A stretch of 64,000 nucleotides of DNA from Amoebidium appalachense. Lineage: Eukaryota; Protista; Ichthyosporea. Made by a program: the position numbers and the translations under genes. Numbering within the stretch: the first letter of the stretch is position 1; every line of letters starts with the position of its first letter. Positions 9,812 through 22,708 of this stretch are shown piece by piece. The stretch is taken from the NCBI GenBank assembly GCA_963693365.1, contig CAVNZM010000017.1, forward strand, positions 4,321,375 through 4,385,374. Direction: 5' to 3'. The notes beneath the pieces are model-generated. The model saw nothing but the letters and a program-made list of their open reading frames with translations, did no database searches and had not been told where the DNA came from.

Positions 9812-12546
9812 TGTCGTGGCAACACAGCTTGTCGTGGCAACAAACAGTGTGTATATGAACTACTCTAACTATCTGCACGCTTAAAGGGGCTCGAAACCGT
9901 GTATACGTATAAACTTTTCTTTGAGTTGGGTGGGAAGCGAGTCCTTTGTGTTCTGAGAAGAACTTCCAAAAGCCCGCGACCCCGCGAGACACTTCACAGA
10001 CACGCGGCCCACTGGCCAGACAAATACCACAGTGACATTCAGCCAATCACAACACTCCCTCCCCCACAGACTACACGCACTCCACACCATTGGCTACCGC
10101 GACCTCAGACACCCCTACAGCACTACAACACGTACACACGTTTACTCACAATACATATAAGCATACACACACGCGAGCAGGCAACATGGGTCTCGCCACG
10201 CACACAGCAAGAAGCAATACAACATTTAACATGGAGAGTACCGTGACGCAGAGGCATGGGGCATGCACGCGCGCACCAAACAATCAGCCGCCGCTGCATC
10301 AGATTCTCCCCATACCACTGATTAATCTCCTCATACCCCATTTAGACCCCGGCATCACTATGCAAGAAAACCCCCGAAATTCACTCACCAAAACACAAAA
10401 TATAGAAGCAAACTAATACGAATCAGCTCAGCACATGACAACTCCCCCCTCGCACAGAAAATAACTGAGTTCCACCTCAGTAAAAACTACCTAAAAACAA
10501 AATAAAGTTATGTGCTGAGCGACTACAACTACCGCTACCCATGCAGGAAGCAACATTTAACATTTAACATATAACATAAAACATATACATGCATCCACAC
10601 ACCACCCCACCATGGTTAATACCCAACCCAACCCCAAAACAAGGATAATTATGAACCGCCACTGACGTTGCCCTGTAGATGCACCTCTGCCCCCGTCCAC
10701 AACCTGCACCCAAAACCCCATGCCCCTGGCACAATGTTATATCGAGTGGAACATAGCAACAGACATGATAACAGACACCATCCATAAAACCACACTCAGC
10801 ATGCCCCATCCACAAAGAATATTCCTAACACAACCAAACATGCCGTGACGAACACCTCCAGACTCATGTGACGTACACCTCCAGACTCTCTTGCTGGCCA
10901 TTCCTCTACCCGACAAAGACTCCTACTACGTAGGTCCCGGTGGTTTGGGAATGCCTCCGCCCCAACCGTGCCCTACCCAGCGGTGTGTCTAAGGCCTACT
11001 GCTGCACTGGGCACCACAACACTACTCAACAACACTACGGGCAGCCACTCCAAAGGGCCTCAACACCAGACCCAGGGCAGCCACTCCAAGGGGCCTCAGC
11101 ACCAGGCCCTTTGACGACGGGGGTTCACAACAGTGGGGGCCTGCCACTGCCATGACTACACCTCGACCCCCCCCCAGCCCCCTCGTCAGAGGGCCGAGCT
11201 CCCAGACAGCAGCAGGACTTTCTATTCCACTGACCCTAACCACACACGTCGCCAACACAGGACTCATACACACGTCGAAAACGCCAGGCACCAGTAGAAA
11301 ACTCAGCGAAAAAAACACACCACACAACTCCCATACAACAACAACTTGAACAACCCAAGAGACGGCCTACCCCCTAATAAAACCTTCATACCAGCAACAC
11401 GGTCACCGACGTCCCTGCCCCCCGGGGCTGTTTACACCACGCGTTGCCCCCGCTCCTTGCAGTTGTCGCAGGTGCCTGGGAAAGAGCCTGGCGCCGGCTC
11501 TTGCTGTCCCGCCCAAAGACGCCAGCCTGGCCCATCTGTTATCCCGTTGTGGCCGTGGCTGGTAGGACTGGTAGCGCCGTGGGGAGGGTGACCGCCGCCG
11601 GTCCCCTCTGAGCCCTCTGCTGGACAAACGGCCCTGAGCTTGCTAAGTCACCTAGGGAGGTCAAGGTCCTTAGCGAGGACTAAGTCCCCTGTGATACTAG
11701 TCCTACTGCTCAAGTTGCCTATGCCAACTGTTGCTAGCTGTAGGCCTGTGTGTGCGTATGTTTCTTCTACCTCTAACTGTCGAAAAAGTCCTAAGTCAAA
11801 GCCACTCATAACCGCTAGGCGTGAAAGAAAAAAAAAAACTAGGGGTGAAAGCAACAGCCCAGAAGGACTAACAGTGCGTGTGCCCCCTCCCTGCAAAAAA
11901 CTGCAGAGAAAGGGGGTGTAGCTTGTCGTGGCAACACAGCTTGTCGTGGCAACAAACAGTGTGTATATGAACTACTCTAACTATCTGCACGCTTAAAGGG
12001 GCTCGAAACCGTGTATACGTATAAACTTTTCTTTGAGTTGGGTGGGAAGCGAGTCCTTTGTGTTCTGAGAAGAACTTCCAAAAGCCCGCGACCCCGCGAG
12101 ACACTTCACAGACACGCGGCCCACTGGCCAGACAAATACCACAGTGACATTCAGCCAATCACAACACTCCCTCCCCCACAGACTACACGCACTCCACACC
12201 ATTGGCTACCGCGACCTCAGACACCCCTACAGCACTACAACACGTACACACGTTTACTCACAATACATATAAGCATACACACACGCGAGCAGGCAACATG
12301 GGTCTCGCCACGCACACAGCAAGAAGCAATACAACATTTAACATGGAGAGTACGCAGAGGCATGGGGCATGCACGCGCGCACCAAACAATCAGCCGCCGC
12401 TGCATCAGATTCTCCCCATACCACTGATTAATCTCCTCATACCCCATTTAGACCCCGGCATCACTATGCAAGAAAACCCCCGAAATTCACTCACCAAAAC
12501 ACAAAATATAGAAGCAAACTAATACGAATCAGCTCAGCACATGACA
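9812..12546 (-). mobile_element. Non-coding deletion derivative of the same LTR family, nested in inverted orientation
   Basis: LTRs 9812-10440 and 11924-12546; TSD AGAAA (9807-9811, 12547-12551); ~815 bp of gag deleted at GCAGAGG microhomology; ATG changed to TTG plus an early stop. Confidence 0.93.
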
Positions 12547-12598
12547 AGAAACATACGCACACACAGGCCTACAGCTAGCAACAGTTGGCTTAGGCAAC

Positions 12599-13723
12599 AT
12601 GAGCAGTAGGACTAGTATCACAGGGGACTTAGTCCTCGCTCAGGACCTCGCCCTCCCTAGGTGGCTTAGCAAGCTCAGGGCTGTTTGCCCAGCAGAGGCC
12701 ACTGAGGGGAAGGACGTCCAAACCCCTCGAAGGATGGCCACACTCATCATGAACACTGTGGGCTCCTCAATGCTGGAGTTCCAGAAAGTGCTTGAAAGCA
12801 CACAACTGCCTACCAACGAGCCGTCTGTGCGCACAGTTGCGTACGCCCGCACAGTGGCGGGTGGAGCCCGCAACCCGGCCGCACTCCAGCTGGCCGCCCG
12901 CTACGAAGCGGCCAACGCACAGGTGCCTCTTGTTACAGGCGGCTCCGGGGACGTGGTTGAGGTTTTGCGCCCCGAGAATGAGCTTGAGTGGCTTGACAGG
13001 GCGGTGGCCAAGTACCTGGACGACGGACGACGACGGGAGTTTGACGCTGATCTCAGACAAGCTAAGTTTACTTACCCCCCCCTCACCATGTCTGTGACCG
13101 AAGCTAGAACCCACTTTGAGCTGTTCGAAGAAAATTTTCGTGCTCTTGTGTTTCTTGCTGGGTTGGAGAATGATGCTCGTGGAAAGTTTCATGCTGCGCG
13201 CTCTCTGTTTGTAGATAGCAGTCAGTTTGGTGAGCTGTTTGCTCAGCATGAAGAGCAGCATGAGGTAGACTTGGCGTGGAGGGCGGTGAAGAGGCGGTTT
13301 TTAGCGCAGTTTGAGAGTAAGCTGGCTATGAGGGATAAGCATGCTGCTGAGGTTATGGAGGTAAAGCATGGGGCTGGGCAGGACACGCCTACACTCACTG
13401 CTCTCTTGAAGCAGGTGGCTGTGCTCACCAAGCGTCTGGAGGAGAAGGACCAGGAGGGGGACCGGTACAGAGGAGACAGGTACCGGGACCGTGAGAGGGA
13501 GGAGGGCAGAGGCCTCAGAGGGGACCGGCGGCGGTCACCCTCCCCACGGCGCTACCAGCCCTACCAGCCACGGCCACAGCGGGATGATGGGCCAGGCTGG
13601 CGTCGTCGGGCGGGACAGCAAGAGCCGGCGCCGGACTCTTTCCCAGGCACCTGCGACAACTGCAAGGAGCGGGGGCACACATACGCGTGGTGCAAACAGC
13701 CCCGTCGTGGGGGACGTCGGTGA
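12599..13723 (+). CDS. Gag-like protein (374 aa) with Arg-rich region and C-terminal CCHC zinc knuckle
   Basis: Intact ORF between PBS region and PPT; CDNCKERGHTYAWC; helical core with WRAVKRRFLAQF; coiled-coil LLKQVAVLTKRLEE. Confidence 0.85.
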   Translation: MSSRTSITGDLVLAQDLALPRWLSKLRAVCPAEATEGKDVQTPRRMATLIMNTVGSSMLEFQKVLESTQLPTNEPSVRTVAYARTVAGGARNPAALQLAARYEAANAQVPLVTGGSGDVVEVLRPENELEWLDRAVAKYLDDGRRREFDADLRQAKFTYPPLTMSVTEARTHFELFEENFRALVFLAGLENDARGKFHAARSLFVDSSQFGELFAQHEEQHEVDLAWRAVKRRFLAQFESKLAMRDKHAAEVMEVKHGAGQDTPTLTALLKQVAVLTKRLEEKDQEGDRYRGDRYRDREREEGRGLRGDRRRSPSPRRYQPYQPRPQRDDGPGWRRRAGQQEPAPDSFPGTCDNCKERGHTYAWCKQPRRGGRR

Positions 13724-15285
13724 CCGTGTTGCAGGTATGAAGGTTTTATTAGGGGGTAGGCCGTCTCTTGGGTTGTTCAAGTTGTTGTTGTATGGGAGTT
13801 GTGTGGTGTGTTTTTTTCGCTGAGTTTTCTACTGGTGCCTGGCGTTTTCGACGTGTGTATGAGTCCTGTGTTGGCGACGTGTCTGGTTAGGGTCAGTGGA
13901 ATAGAAAGTCCTGCTGCTGTCTGGGAGCTCGGCCCTCTGACGAGGGGGCTGGGGGGGGGGGTCGAAGTGTAGTCATGGCAGTGGCAGGCCCCCACTGTTG
14001 TGAACCCCCGTCGTCAAAGGGCCTGGTGCTGAGGCCCCTTGGAGTGGCTGCCCTGGGCCTGGTGTTGAGGCCCTTTGGAGTGGCTGCCCGTAGTGTTGTT
14101 GAGTAGTGTTGTGGTGCCCAGTGCAGCAGTAGGCCTTAGACACACCGCTGTGTAGGGCACGGTTGGGGCGGAGGCATTCCCAAACCACCGGGACCTACGT
14201 AGTAGGAGTCTTTGTCGGGTAGAGGAATGGCCAGCAAGAGAGTCTGGAGGTGTACGTCACATGAGTCTGGAGGTGTTCGTCATGGCATGTTTGGACAATG
14301 TGTTAGGAATTCTTTGTGGATGGGGCATGCTGAGTGTGGTTGTATGGATGGTGTCTGTTATCATGTCTGTTGCTATGTTCCACTCGATATAACATTGTGC
14401 CAGGGGCATGGGGTTTTGGGTGCAGGTTGTGGACGGGGGCAGAGGTGCATCTACAGGGCAACGTCAGTGGCGGTTCATAATTATCCTTGTTTTGGGGTTG
14501 GGTTGGGTATTAACCATGGTGGGGTGGGGTGTGGATGCATGTATATGTTTTATGTTATATGTTAAATGTTGCTTCCTGCATGGGTAGCGGTAGTTGTAGT
14601 CGCTCAGCACATAACTTTATTTTGTTTTTAGGTAGTTTTTACTGAGGTGGAACTCAGTTATTTTCTGTGCGAGGGGGGAGTTGTCATGTGCTGAGCTGAT
14701 TCGTATTAGTTTGCTTCTATATTTCGTGTTTTGGTGAGTGAATTTCGGGGGTTTTCTTGCATAGTGATGCCGGGGTCTAAGTGGGGTATTAGGAGATTAA
14801 TCAGTGGTATGGGGAGAGCCTGATGCAGCGGCGGCTGATTGTTTGGTGCGCGCGTGCATGCCCCATGCCTCTGCGTACTCTGCATGTTATATGTTGTATT
14901 GCTTCTTGCTGTGTGCTTGGCGAGACCCATGTTGCCTGCTCGCGTGTGTGTATGCTTATATGTATTGTGAGTAAAGGTGTGTACGTGTTGTAGTGCTGTA
15001 GGGGTGTCTCAGGTGGCGGTAGCCAATGGTGTGGAGTGCGTGTAGTCTGTGGGGGAGGGAGTGTTGTGATTGGCTGAATGTCACTGTGGTATTTGTCTGG
15101 CCAGTGGGCCGCGTGTCTGTGAAGTGTCTCGCGGGGTCGCGGGCTTTTCGAAGTTCTTCTCAGGACTCGTTTTCTCGCTTCCCACCCAACTCAAAGAAAA
15201 GTTTATACGTATACACGGTTTCGAGCCCCTTTAAGCGTGCAGATAGTTAGAGTAGTTTGTATACACACTGTTTGTTGCCACGACA

Positions 15286-15370
15286 GCGTCTTCCGTGCAG
15301 AGCATGAGGACAAAGCGGCCCACCGAGGATGGTTCTTGCAAGAAAAGTGCTGACTTACGGCAAAAGCCCC
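15286..15370 (-). mobile_element. Continuation of the LINE ORF1 beyond the LTR insertion
   Basis: Removing 9044-15285 and one TSD restores the reading frame ...RFVLMLCTEDAYDDTVAILK... Confidence 0.6.
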
Positions 15371-16162
15371 TACTATTCTTGCCTGACTAGCAGAGTGTAC
15401 ACACTACAACTAACACGTACCTGGGCACACATGCATATGAATGAGAGTATACGTGGGTGATCAGGCCACTAAACTAACAGACATAAACACGTGCAGAGTG
15501 GTGCTGGGATTAATGCACGATGCCACAGCACTAACAGAGAGGGTAGTGTGGAGAGGTAGAAACACAGTTGCATGTTCTGTCAATCTACGTCTAATTTATT
15601 ATGCTTGATTCTCACCTATTTATCTGCCGCAGGCAGATTCCATGAATACAGATCTATCCAAAGGTATTTGCGCATCTGATTGGCAAATACTATGAATACT
15701 ATAAATCTGACCAATCATATAACGACACGTACATGAACGGAAATCAAACTGCATTCCCCTCATACGGTCCAATCGCAGACAAAACACCCGACTACACAGA
15801 AAACATGAAAAGCATGCACAACAATCGTCGGATGCGTGCTTTCCTCTCGCTATCGCCAATAGCTAAACAAACTATGAATACCACACGTGCCTAATGAATA
15901 ACAGAGGGCAAACAAGAGCATGCCGGACATGCTTATGAAATAAAGGGAGATAAAGCACAAATAAACGATCGTACCTAACTATGTATGCTATGTGCTCGTG
16001 CAACCTGTGTAAACCAAAGATGTGCAACTAATGAAGAACCGTGCTGTGCACGTGCGTGCGAAATGCATATGCCAACTCGTGCACTATTGTTGTATATTCT
16101 GGCAGTTCTGTCACGTGACGAACATCAATCCGAAACCGATCGTGGAGGGTCGCCTTAAGTGC

Positions 16163-16418
16163 TGCGGGTGCTCCGGCATTCACACCGGAAACTGCCCCCG
16201 GGATCTACCGCCTCGGGCAACAGACGGACCGCCAACCCCTAAGTGCGGAAATTTTGTCATGGGCCCGGGCCCCGGATACTGAACAATTTCGTTTCCCCCC
16301 GAGTTCCGCCGACGCCAGACACCACCAGTATCACCCCGCCTCAACCGCCCCGCCCCTGCCCCCGACGGTGGTTCAACTGAGGGCATGAATCATGACCACA
16401 ACTAATTTTTTTCTATGG
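16163..16418 (+). mobile_element. Second fragment of the same LINE (ORF1 end / ORF2 start)
   Basis: Inverted copy of ~8395-8703 lacking the poly-C expansion; ends at the ORF2 ATG. Confidence 0.8.
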
Positions 16419-16633
16419 ACAACAATACCCGAGATCCAGGTACCTGATATACATAGACCGAGATATATCGGGATATACCGAGCACATATTCGCCATACCG
16501 TGAATATTTTTATAACAGTTATAATTCCTGAGTCTCAAGTAAACACTGCAAAACCCTTTGCATTGATATGTACCTATTTCAAACATACATTCGCCACGAA
16601 CAATAAGCAGCATATGTCATAATGAAAATTCCA

Positions 16634-17540
16634 TTAGATTCTAGATCTCCTGCGTTTTCTAGACTTCTCTTTCTGCACGGTGAACACTCTGATCTCTCCC
16701 TCAACTTGAAGACCACGACCCATGGTGCCTATAACCCCCTCGGAGTCCGGCGCCACATATACCGAATCTAGATCTTTCCACCATTCTTCATCACCTAAAC
16801 AGATCTCCATTCCCTCTATCACTGCTACTGTATCTGGTGCAGAAAACGTAACTGGATACAAGCGTAGGCCAACATGTGTTTTTGTCACAAACATATCCTC
16901 ACCACTCGTACTGGTATGCATATATCTATCAAAGTACCCTCACACGCCAGTTTGGTTGCTTGAACAAGCTCTTCACCATGTCCATCCCACGATTTAAAGA
17001 TCACCCCATTTTCCTTCCTTTACAAGTGTACACAGTTGCTTGCCCATGAGCCAGCACTCTAAAATTTCAATGCTTGGTCCAGGTGTCTTTGTAACTCTAT
17101 ACAGCTCTTTACCATTGGCAAGGTCGCACACAACAAACACACCACCATCGGTATACATGAACGCTTCATCACTGTGAACCAGAGGATGCCATGCAGGCTC
17201 AACCTCATCCGTCAATCTCTCCCATAACATCGCTCCGGTCTCGATGCTCCATGCAGACAAAGACTTGTTGTGCAAAACTGCCAAGAAAATGTCCCCGTTA
17301 GCTACTACGCTGCATGTCAGATGGCAGTTTCCACACCAAAAGTCATGTTCCCAAATGGTAGGCCCATCATGGCAGCTGTAAACAACTGCCGTTCGCTCTC
17401 CTTCAGCCTTCGTGTAAATTCCCAGAATCACCTGGGATGTGTTAGCTTGTCCATACATGACCATGGGAGGCAACAAGGTACCGTGCTCTTCATCTTCATC
17501 AGCAAAGATCACCCCCCATCCGAAACCTGTCCAGTATGAC
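16634..17540 (-). pseudogene. Decayed PQQ/WD-like beta-propeller gene fragment
   Basis: Blade-like motifs CHDGPTIWEH, LSAWSIETGAMLWE, VVCDLANGKELYR; disrupted by stops/frameshifts at ~16920-16996; no start. Confidence 0.45.
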
Positions 17541-18478
17541 TTTATGACGTCCTATCGTCGTTAAGATATCCAAAAGATAGGTTAGGACGGGTTTAGGATA
17601 ACCCGGAATTTCAGGATGGCAAGGCTTCTGAAACACATCCCATATATATTAAATATGTCTGGCACGGATTAAAGACAGTGGACATCTGCAAGACGTCACG
17701 GTACTAAAGTCGTCTGACAAGATGTCATACAGACACCTGGAAGTGCACTTATACCCATCAGCGCAAGTCCGGATGTCCTTAACCCCCAATTAAATTGTCC
17801 GATGGGTTGCGGATGCATGCGGGATATATGAAAGACGTCTTTCGGGTTTTCATGTCTTTTACTTCTTAATGATATCTTGGACGGATTGAGGACATATTTT
17901 TATCATCCCGGAACATGGGGTAGTTGACAGATGTCCTAAAGACGTCTGCACTCACTCTACAGGATGTCTATGAGAGATACATATTATATAGATGTGTGTA
18001 AGTGTTAGATCATGCATTATAGACGCAAGTAAGTTGACATAAGGCGCTCGTGGGATGGGCGTGTAGATATGTTAAAGATATACTGCGGACATCTTAGTAC
18101 AATCTTTATCCGCTCTTAATCCCGTATGTACCATGCAACATGTGCGAAACGAACTGATTGCGTTACATAGGATGTCGTCAGGATATCTCACAGCCAGGCA
18201 GTGGATCATCTAAGGAGATCTTTGGAGAGTTCTTTTGTAGCGCTATTGGCCATCCAAATTATATCTTCAAGACAGGCCATGTCTGTGCATGTGATATGCT
18301 AAGTTAAACGCAATCTTAGGCAAGTATTGGTGATACCTTTCTGCGATCTTCACGCCCTATTTGGGGTAGCTTAAAGATGTTCAGAGTTGCAATTAGGTAT
18401 TGTGTTAGGATTACTTTAGGACCTCTTTAAGGGTTTAATGGTCATGGCGATTTAGATGATCTTTAAGTGTTCCCTGGG
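17535..18478. mobile_element. Probable EnSpm/CACTA (CMC)-like transposon end with subterminal repeats
   Basis: ~900 bp dense in GACGTC/GATATC/GGATGTCC-type palindromes ending in GTGTTCCCTGGG (CCCAG-type terminus); partner end not found. Confidence 0.45.
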
Positions 18479-18827
18479 ATAGAAAAGCACGTATCGCTCT
18501 CCTCAGCCACGGCCTCTTGACCACTCGGTCAATGCCGATTACCCAGGACCACGATCCACGCGGGTTAGCTCAATATATACGGCGGGAAAAGGGATTGCGC
18601 ATTTGATTGTGGGATGGAGCACTCCAACGTTTTTGATTGGTTGTTTTTTAAAATCGAATTTCACACTGCATTCACAATTATTCACAATGAAGGCGTCACA
18701 AGGTACGCTTTTATTGAAACATGAAACATGAAGGCGTCGCGCAGGTGCGCGCGAGGCGTTGATAGCCAATGGAAACAAAGATTTACTGGAGGAGTGCAAA
18801 ACAGAATCCGACGCACTGTTATCATTA

Positions 18828-19080
18828 CAACCTTATTAATGCTGCACAGTATGATATTGTGATCCGGTGCCTTAACTTTCTTTCGGAGCTACCGATGCTA
18901 GCCTCTGCTTACCCATAATATGTAATAGGGGTGTCAGATACTACGATGGCGCTCATTGTTGCCTAGCATGTACATATGTCACTGGCTGCATTTGATTGGC
19001 TGTGCTGGAAAACGCAGTAGGCCGTCGAATGTGGCTGGGCCTCCGGCAGTGTCCACGCAATAAAAAGTGTGTAAACCCCA
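18828..19080 (+). mobile_element. Short 3' fragment of LINE family B
   Basis: Near-identical to ~59224-59475 (LINAAQYDIVIRCLNFLSELPMLASAYP* plus 3' UTR). Confidence 0.8.
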
Positions 19081-19879
19081 ATCATGATCCGTCTAATGTA
19101 AGTAAAACTGGGGCATTCAACTGCCAAATACAGAAGTTTTAGTTATAATAATATTTAAGGTACCTATAAATTAGGCGAGATACCTGGGCAAACGGTGCAA
19201 TGCCTGCGCGGAGCAAGTGGCCGGGGCGTGGAATTTACTTTAAATAAACACAATAAAAAATAAAAAATAAAAAAATGCACAAAAAACGCAAAGATATATA
19301 TCGCATACCTTAGGAAGCTCCTAAGAATATCCTCACGCTATACTAGAGCTATGCTTACTATTTTGTCAGTACGTCCTGGATAAATACGCCAACCATACCT
19401 GAAACTGCAGTGCGGAGCGTCGAACCATAAAACTCCTTACACCCCACCACCCTAAGATACACTCCCTCCTCACCTTCTTGCAGTCGAATATAGCAGCTGT
19501 TGTATGGGAATATTTTTCTTTTCACTGGAAGAGGTAGATCCCCCCGTGGAGTCCCCCGTGCTTCAGCAGGCGTTAAGCCCGCTAGGAACAACTGCAGCTG
19601 TAGCGGCAGGAACTTTAGGCAATTGCCACGTCCTTCAAGCCTGGGGCTGGGGTCGAAGTTCTCTTCTGATGCAAAATAGTCATCCAGCTTTGCAAGGTGC
19701 AGGCCTTTCTTATCCTGCAAGCCTGTGTTTGGGACAAAAGGATTCGAGTGGATCAGAGTAATCTTCCGCAGCGCAGCGGCGGGCCCGCCGGGGAGAGGGG
19801 GCGGGGGGGGGGGGGGGGGGGGGGGGGACGTTGCCATTGCCTTGGAAATAACCACCCAATGTGTAAACCCCCCCCCCCC

Positions 19880-19992
19880 CAAAAAAAAGCACACTATACA
19901 ATGACCCCCCCCCCCATGGACCCCACCTATGGGGCCAGCAAATTTCAGTGGGGGTGTGTGAGCCATCACGTTTGATGCCTCCCCCCCCCCCC

Positions 19993-20023
<31 letters not shown>

Positions 20024-20530
20024 TGTCCATTCGGAGGGTTTTGGCAGATATTGAGATTTTAGATTTTTCTTCTTGAAATTCACCGATCACGTTCCCCCCT
20101 CCGTCGGGAAAAAATCCTACGGACTCCCCCGTGTGTACTTTGCATTAACATACCTTCCCATTGGGAAAACAAAAAATACTGCATCGAATCCGTCCATTCT
20201 GAGGGTTTTTGCACGTTTTTTCCCTCCACAACACATGCACACTATAGAATGACCCCGCCCGCCTCTTGGACCCCCCCTGATGGGCCGGCAAATGCCCGTG
20301 GGGATGTGTGGGTGAACGTGGGCACTCCCCCCCACCCCCATCTACGTTTGGTGGTGAGAAAGTCAGCTACTTGCTAAAGGAAAGGGTGTTTGGGTTTTTT
20401 GAATACGAAGGCTGGTATTTTGCATGCGGGACTGGAGAAAACACTGAAATTCCCCGATCACGTCCCCCCCCCCCTCCGTCGGGAAAAAAATCCTACGGAC
20501 TCCCCCGTGTGTACTTTGCATTAACATGCA
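19880..20530. repeat. Degenerate duplicated segments (spacing ~170-370 bp)
   Basis: ccgatcacg...ccgtcgggaaaaaatcctacggactccccc...tttgcattaacat at ~20082 and ~20454; gcacactata.aatgacccc at ~19889 and ~20237; gtccattc.gagggtttt at ~20025 and ~20192. Confidence 0.6.
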
Positions 20531-20614
20531 CACATGCACACACACGGTGCATCCCCCCCCCCCCCCCCCCCCCCCCCTTCCCTCTCAACTGAGCACATAC
20601 ACACACACATACAT

Positions 20615-20671
<57 letters not shown>

Positions 20672-20827
20672 ACACACACACATGCACACATGCACACATG
20701 CACGGACACGAATCCCCCCCTTCCCCTTCCCTCTCCACCGAGCACATGCACACATGCACAGACATGCACACACACACACACACCCCACACACGATGCACA
20801 CAGACATGCACACACACACAAACACAC

Positions 20828-20889
<62 letters not shown>

Positions 20890-21068
20890 CACACACACGG
20901 TGCATTTCCCCCCTCCCCTTCCCTCTCCACAAAGCACACACACACACACGTGCACACATGCACACACACGGTGCATTCCCCCTCTCCCCCCCTTCCCTTT
21001 CAACTGAGCACATACACACACGCAGACATGTACACACACACAACATCCACAGACATCCACACATCAGA

Positions 21069-21625
21069 CACAGAACAGCTTCTAGCACGAGACATTTACC
21101 ACAACGTTTATGGGGAGGATGGTGAATGTGCCCCTGGAGTACGAGGGTCACACGAAAAAAACACAACGTTGTAGCTCGTATAGAACCCCCCTTGTAGCAT
21201 AGTATATGTACATACGTTACCTAGACATTATTGGTTTTTCAATAACTACCCACAGAACAGCTTCTAGCACGAGAACTTTACCACAAAGTTTATGGGGGGG
21301 ATGGTGAATGTGCCCCTGGAGTACGAGGGTCACACGAAAAAAACACAACGTTGTAGCTCGAATAGAACCCCCCTTGTAGCATAGTATATGTCCATGTGTT
21401 ACCTAGACATTATTGGTTTTTTCAATAACTACCCACAGAACAGCTTCTAGCACGAGACATTTACCACAAAGTTTATGGGGGGGATGGTGAATGTGCCTCT
21501 GGAGTACGAGGGTCACACGAAAAAACACAACATTGTAGCCCGGATTGAAACCCCCCTTGTACCATATATATAATATATCATGCGGCATGTGTTACTTTCA
21601 CGTTATTGGTTTCCTAGCACGAGAT
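21069..21625. repeat. Tandem repeat, three ~183-bp units plus a partial fourth
   Basis: Units begin cacagaacagcttctagcacgag at 21069, 21251 and 21434. Confidence 0.9.
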
Positions 21626-21731
21626 ATTCAGCACACAGTTGGGGTTGTGGGGGCAGTGTACACCTACAATATCAGGGGTACCGTCACATCAACAGACACG
21701 AGAACACAAACTTCAACCCCTTGAGTGGGGA

Positions 21732-22708
<977 letters not shown>

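Larger units (their letters stand above)
9044..15285 (+). mobile_element. Gag-only LTR retroelement (outer copy): LTRs 9044-9647 and 14682-15285
   Basis: 604-bp LTRs TGTC...GACA with one substitution seen by eye; 5-bp TSD GCGTC (9039-9043, 15286-15290); PPT GAGGGGGGAG 14671-14680; single Gag ORF, no pol. Confidence 0.93.

Noticed and set aside
18488-18538. Intact tRNA gene
   Set aside because: Only an A-box-like segment; no anticodon stem pairing, T-arm or acceptor stem
20493-21174. Many ORFs rich in HT/CV/ER/LS/poly-P/poly-G here and across the window
   Set aside because: Translations of (CA)n, (GA)n and G/C homopolymers, not genes
21069-21625. CRISPR-like array
   Set aside because: Whole units are repeated with no unique spacers; eukaryotic context and no cas genes
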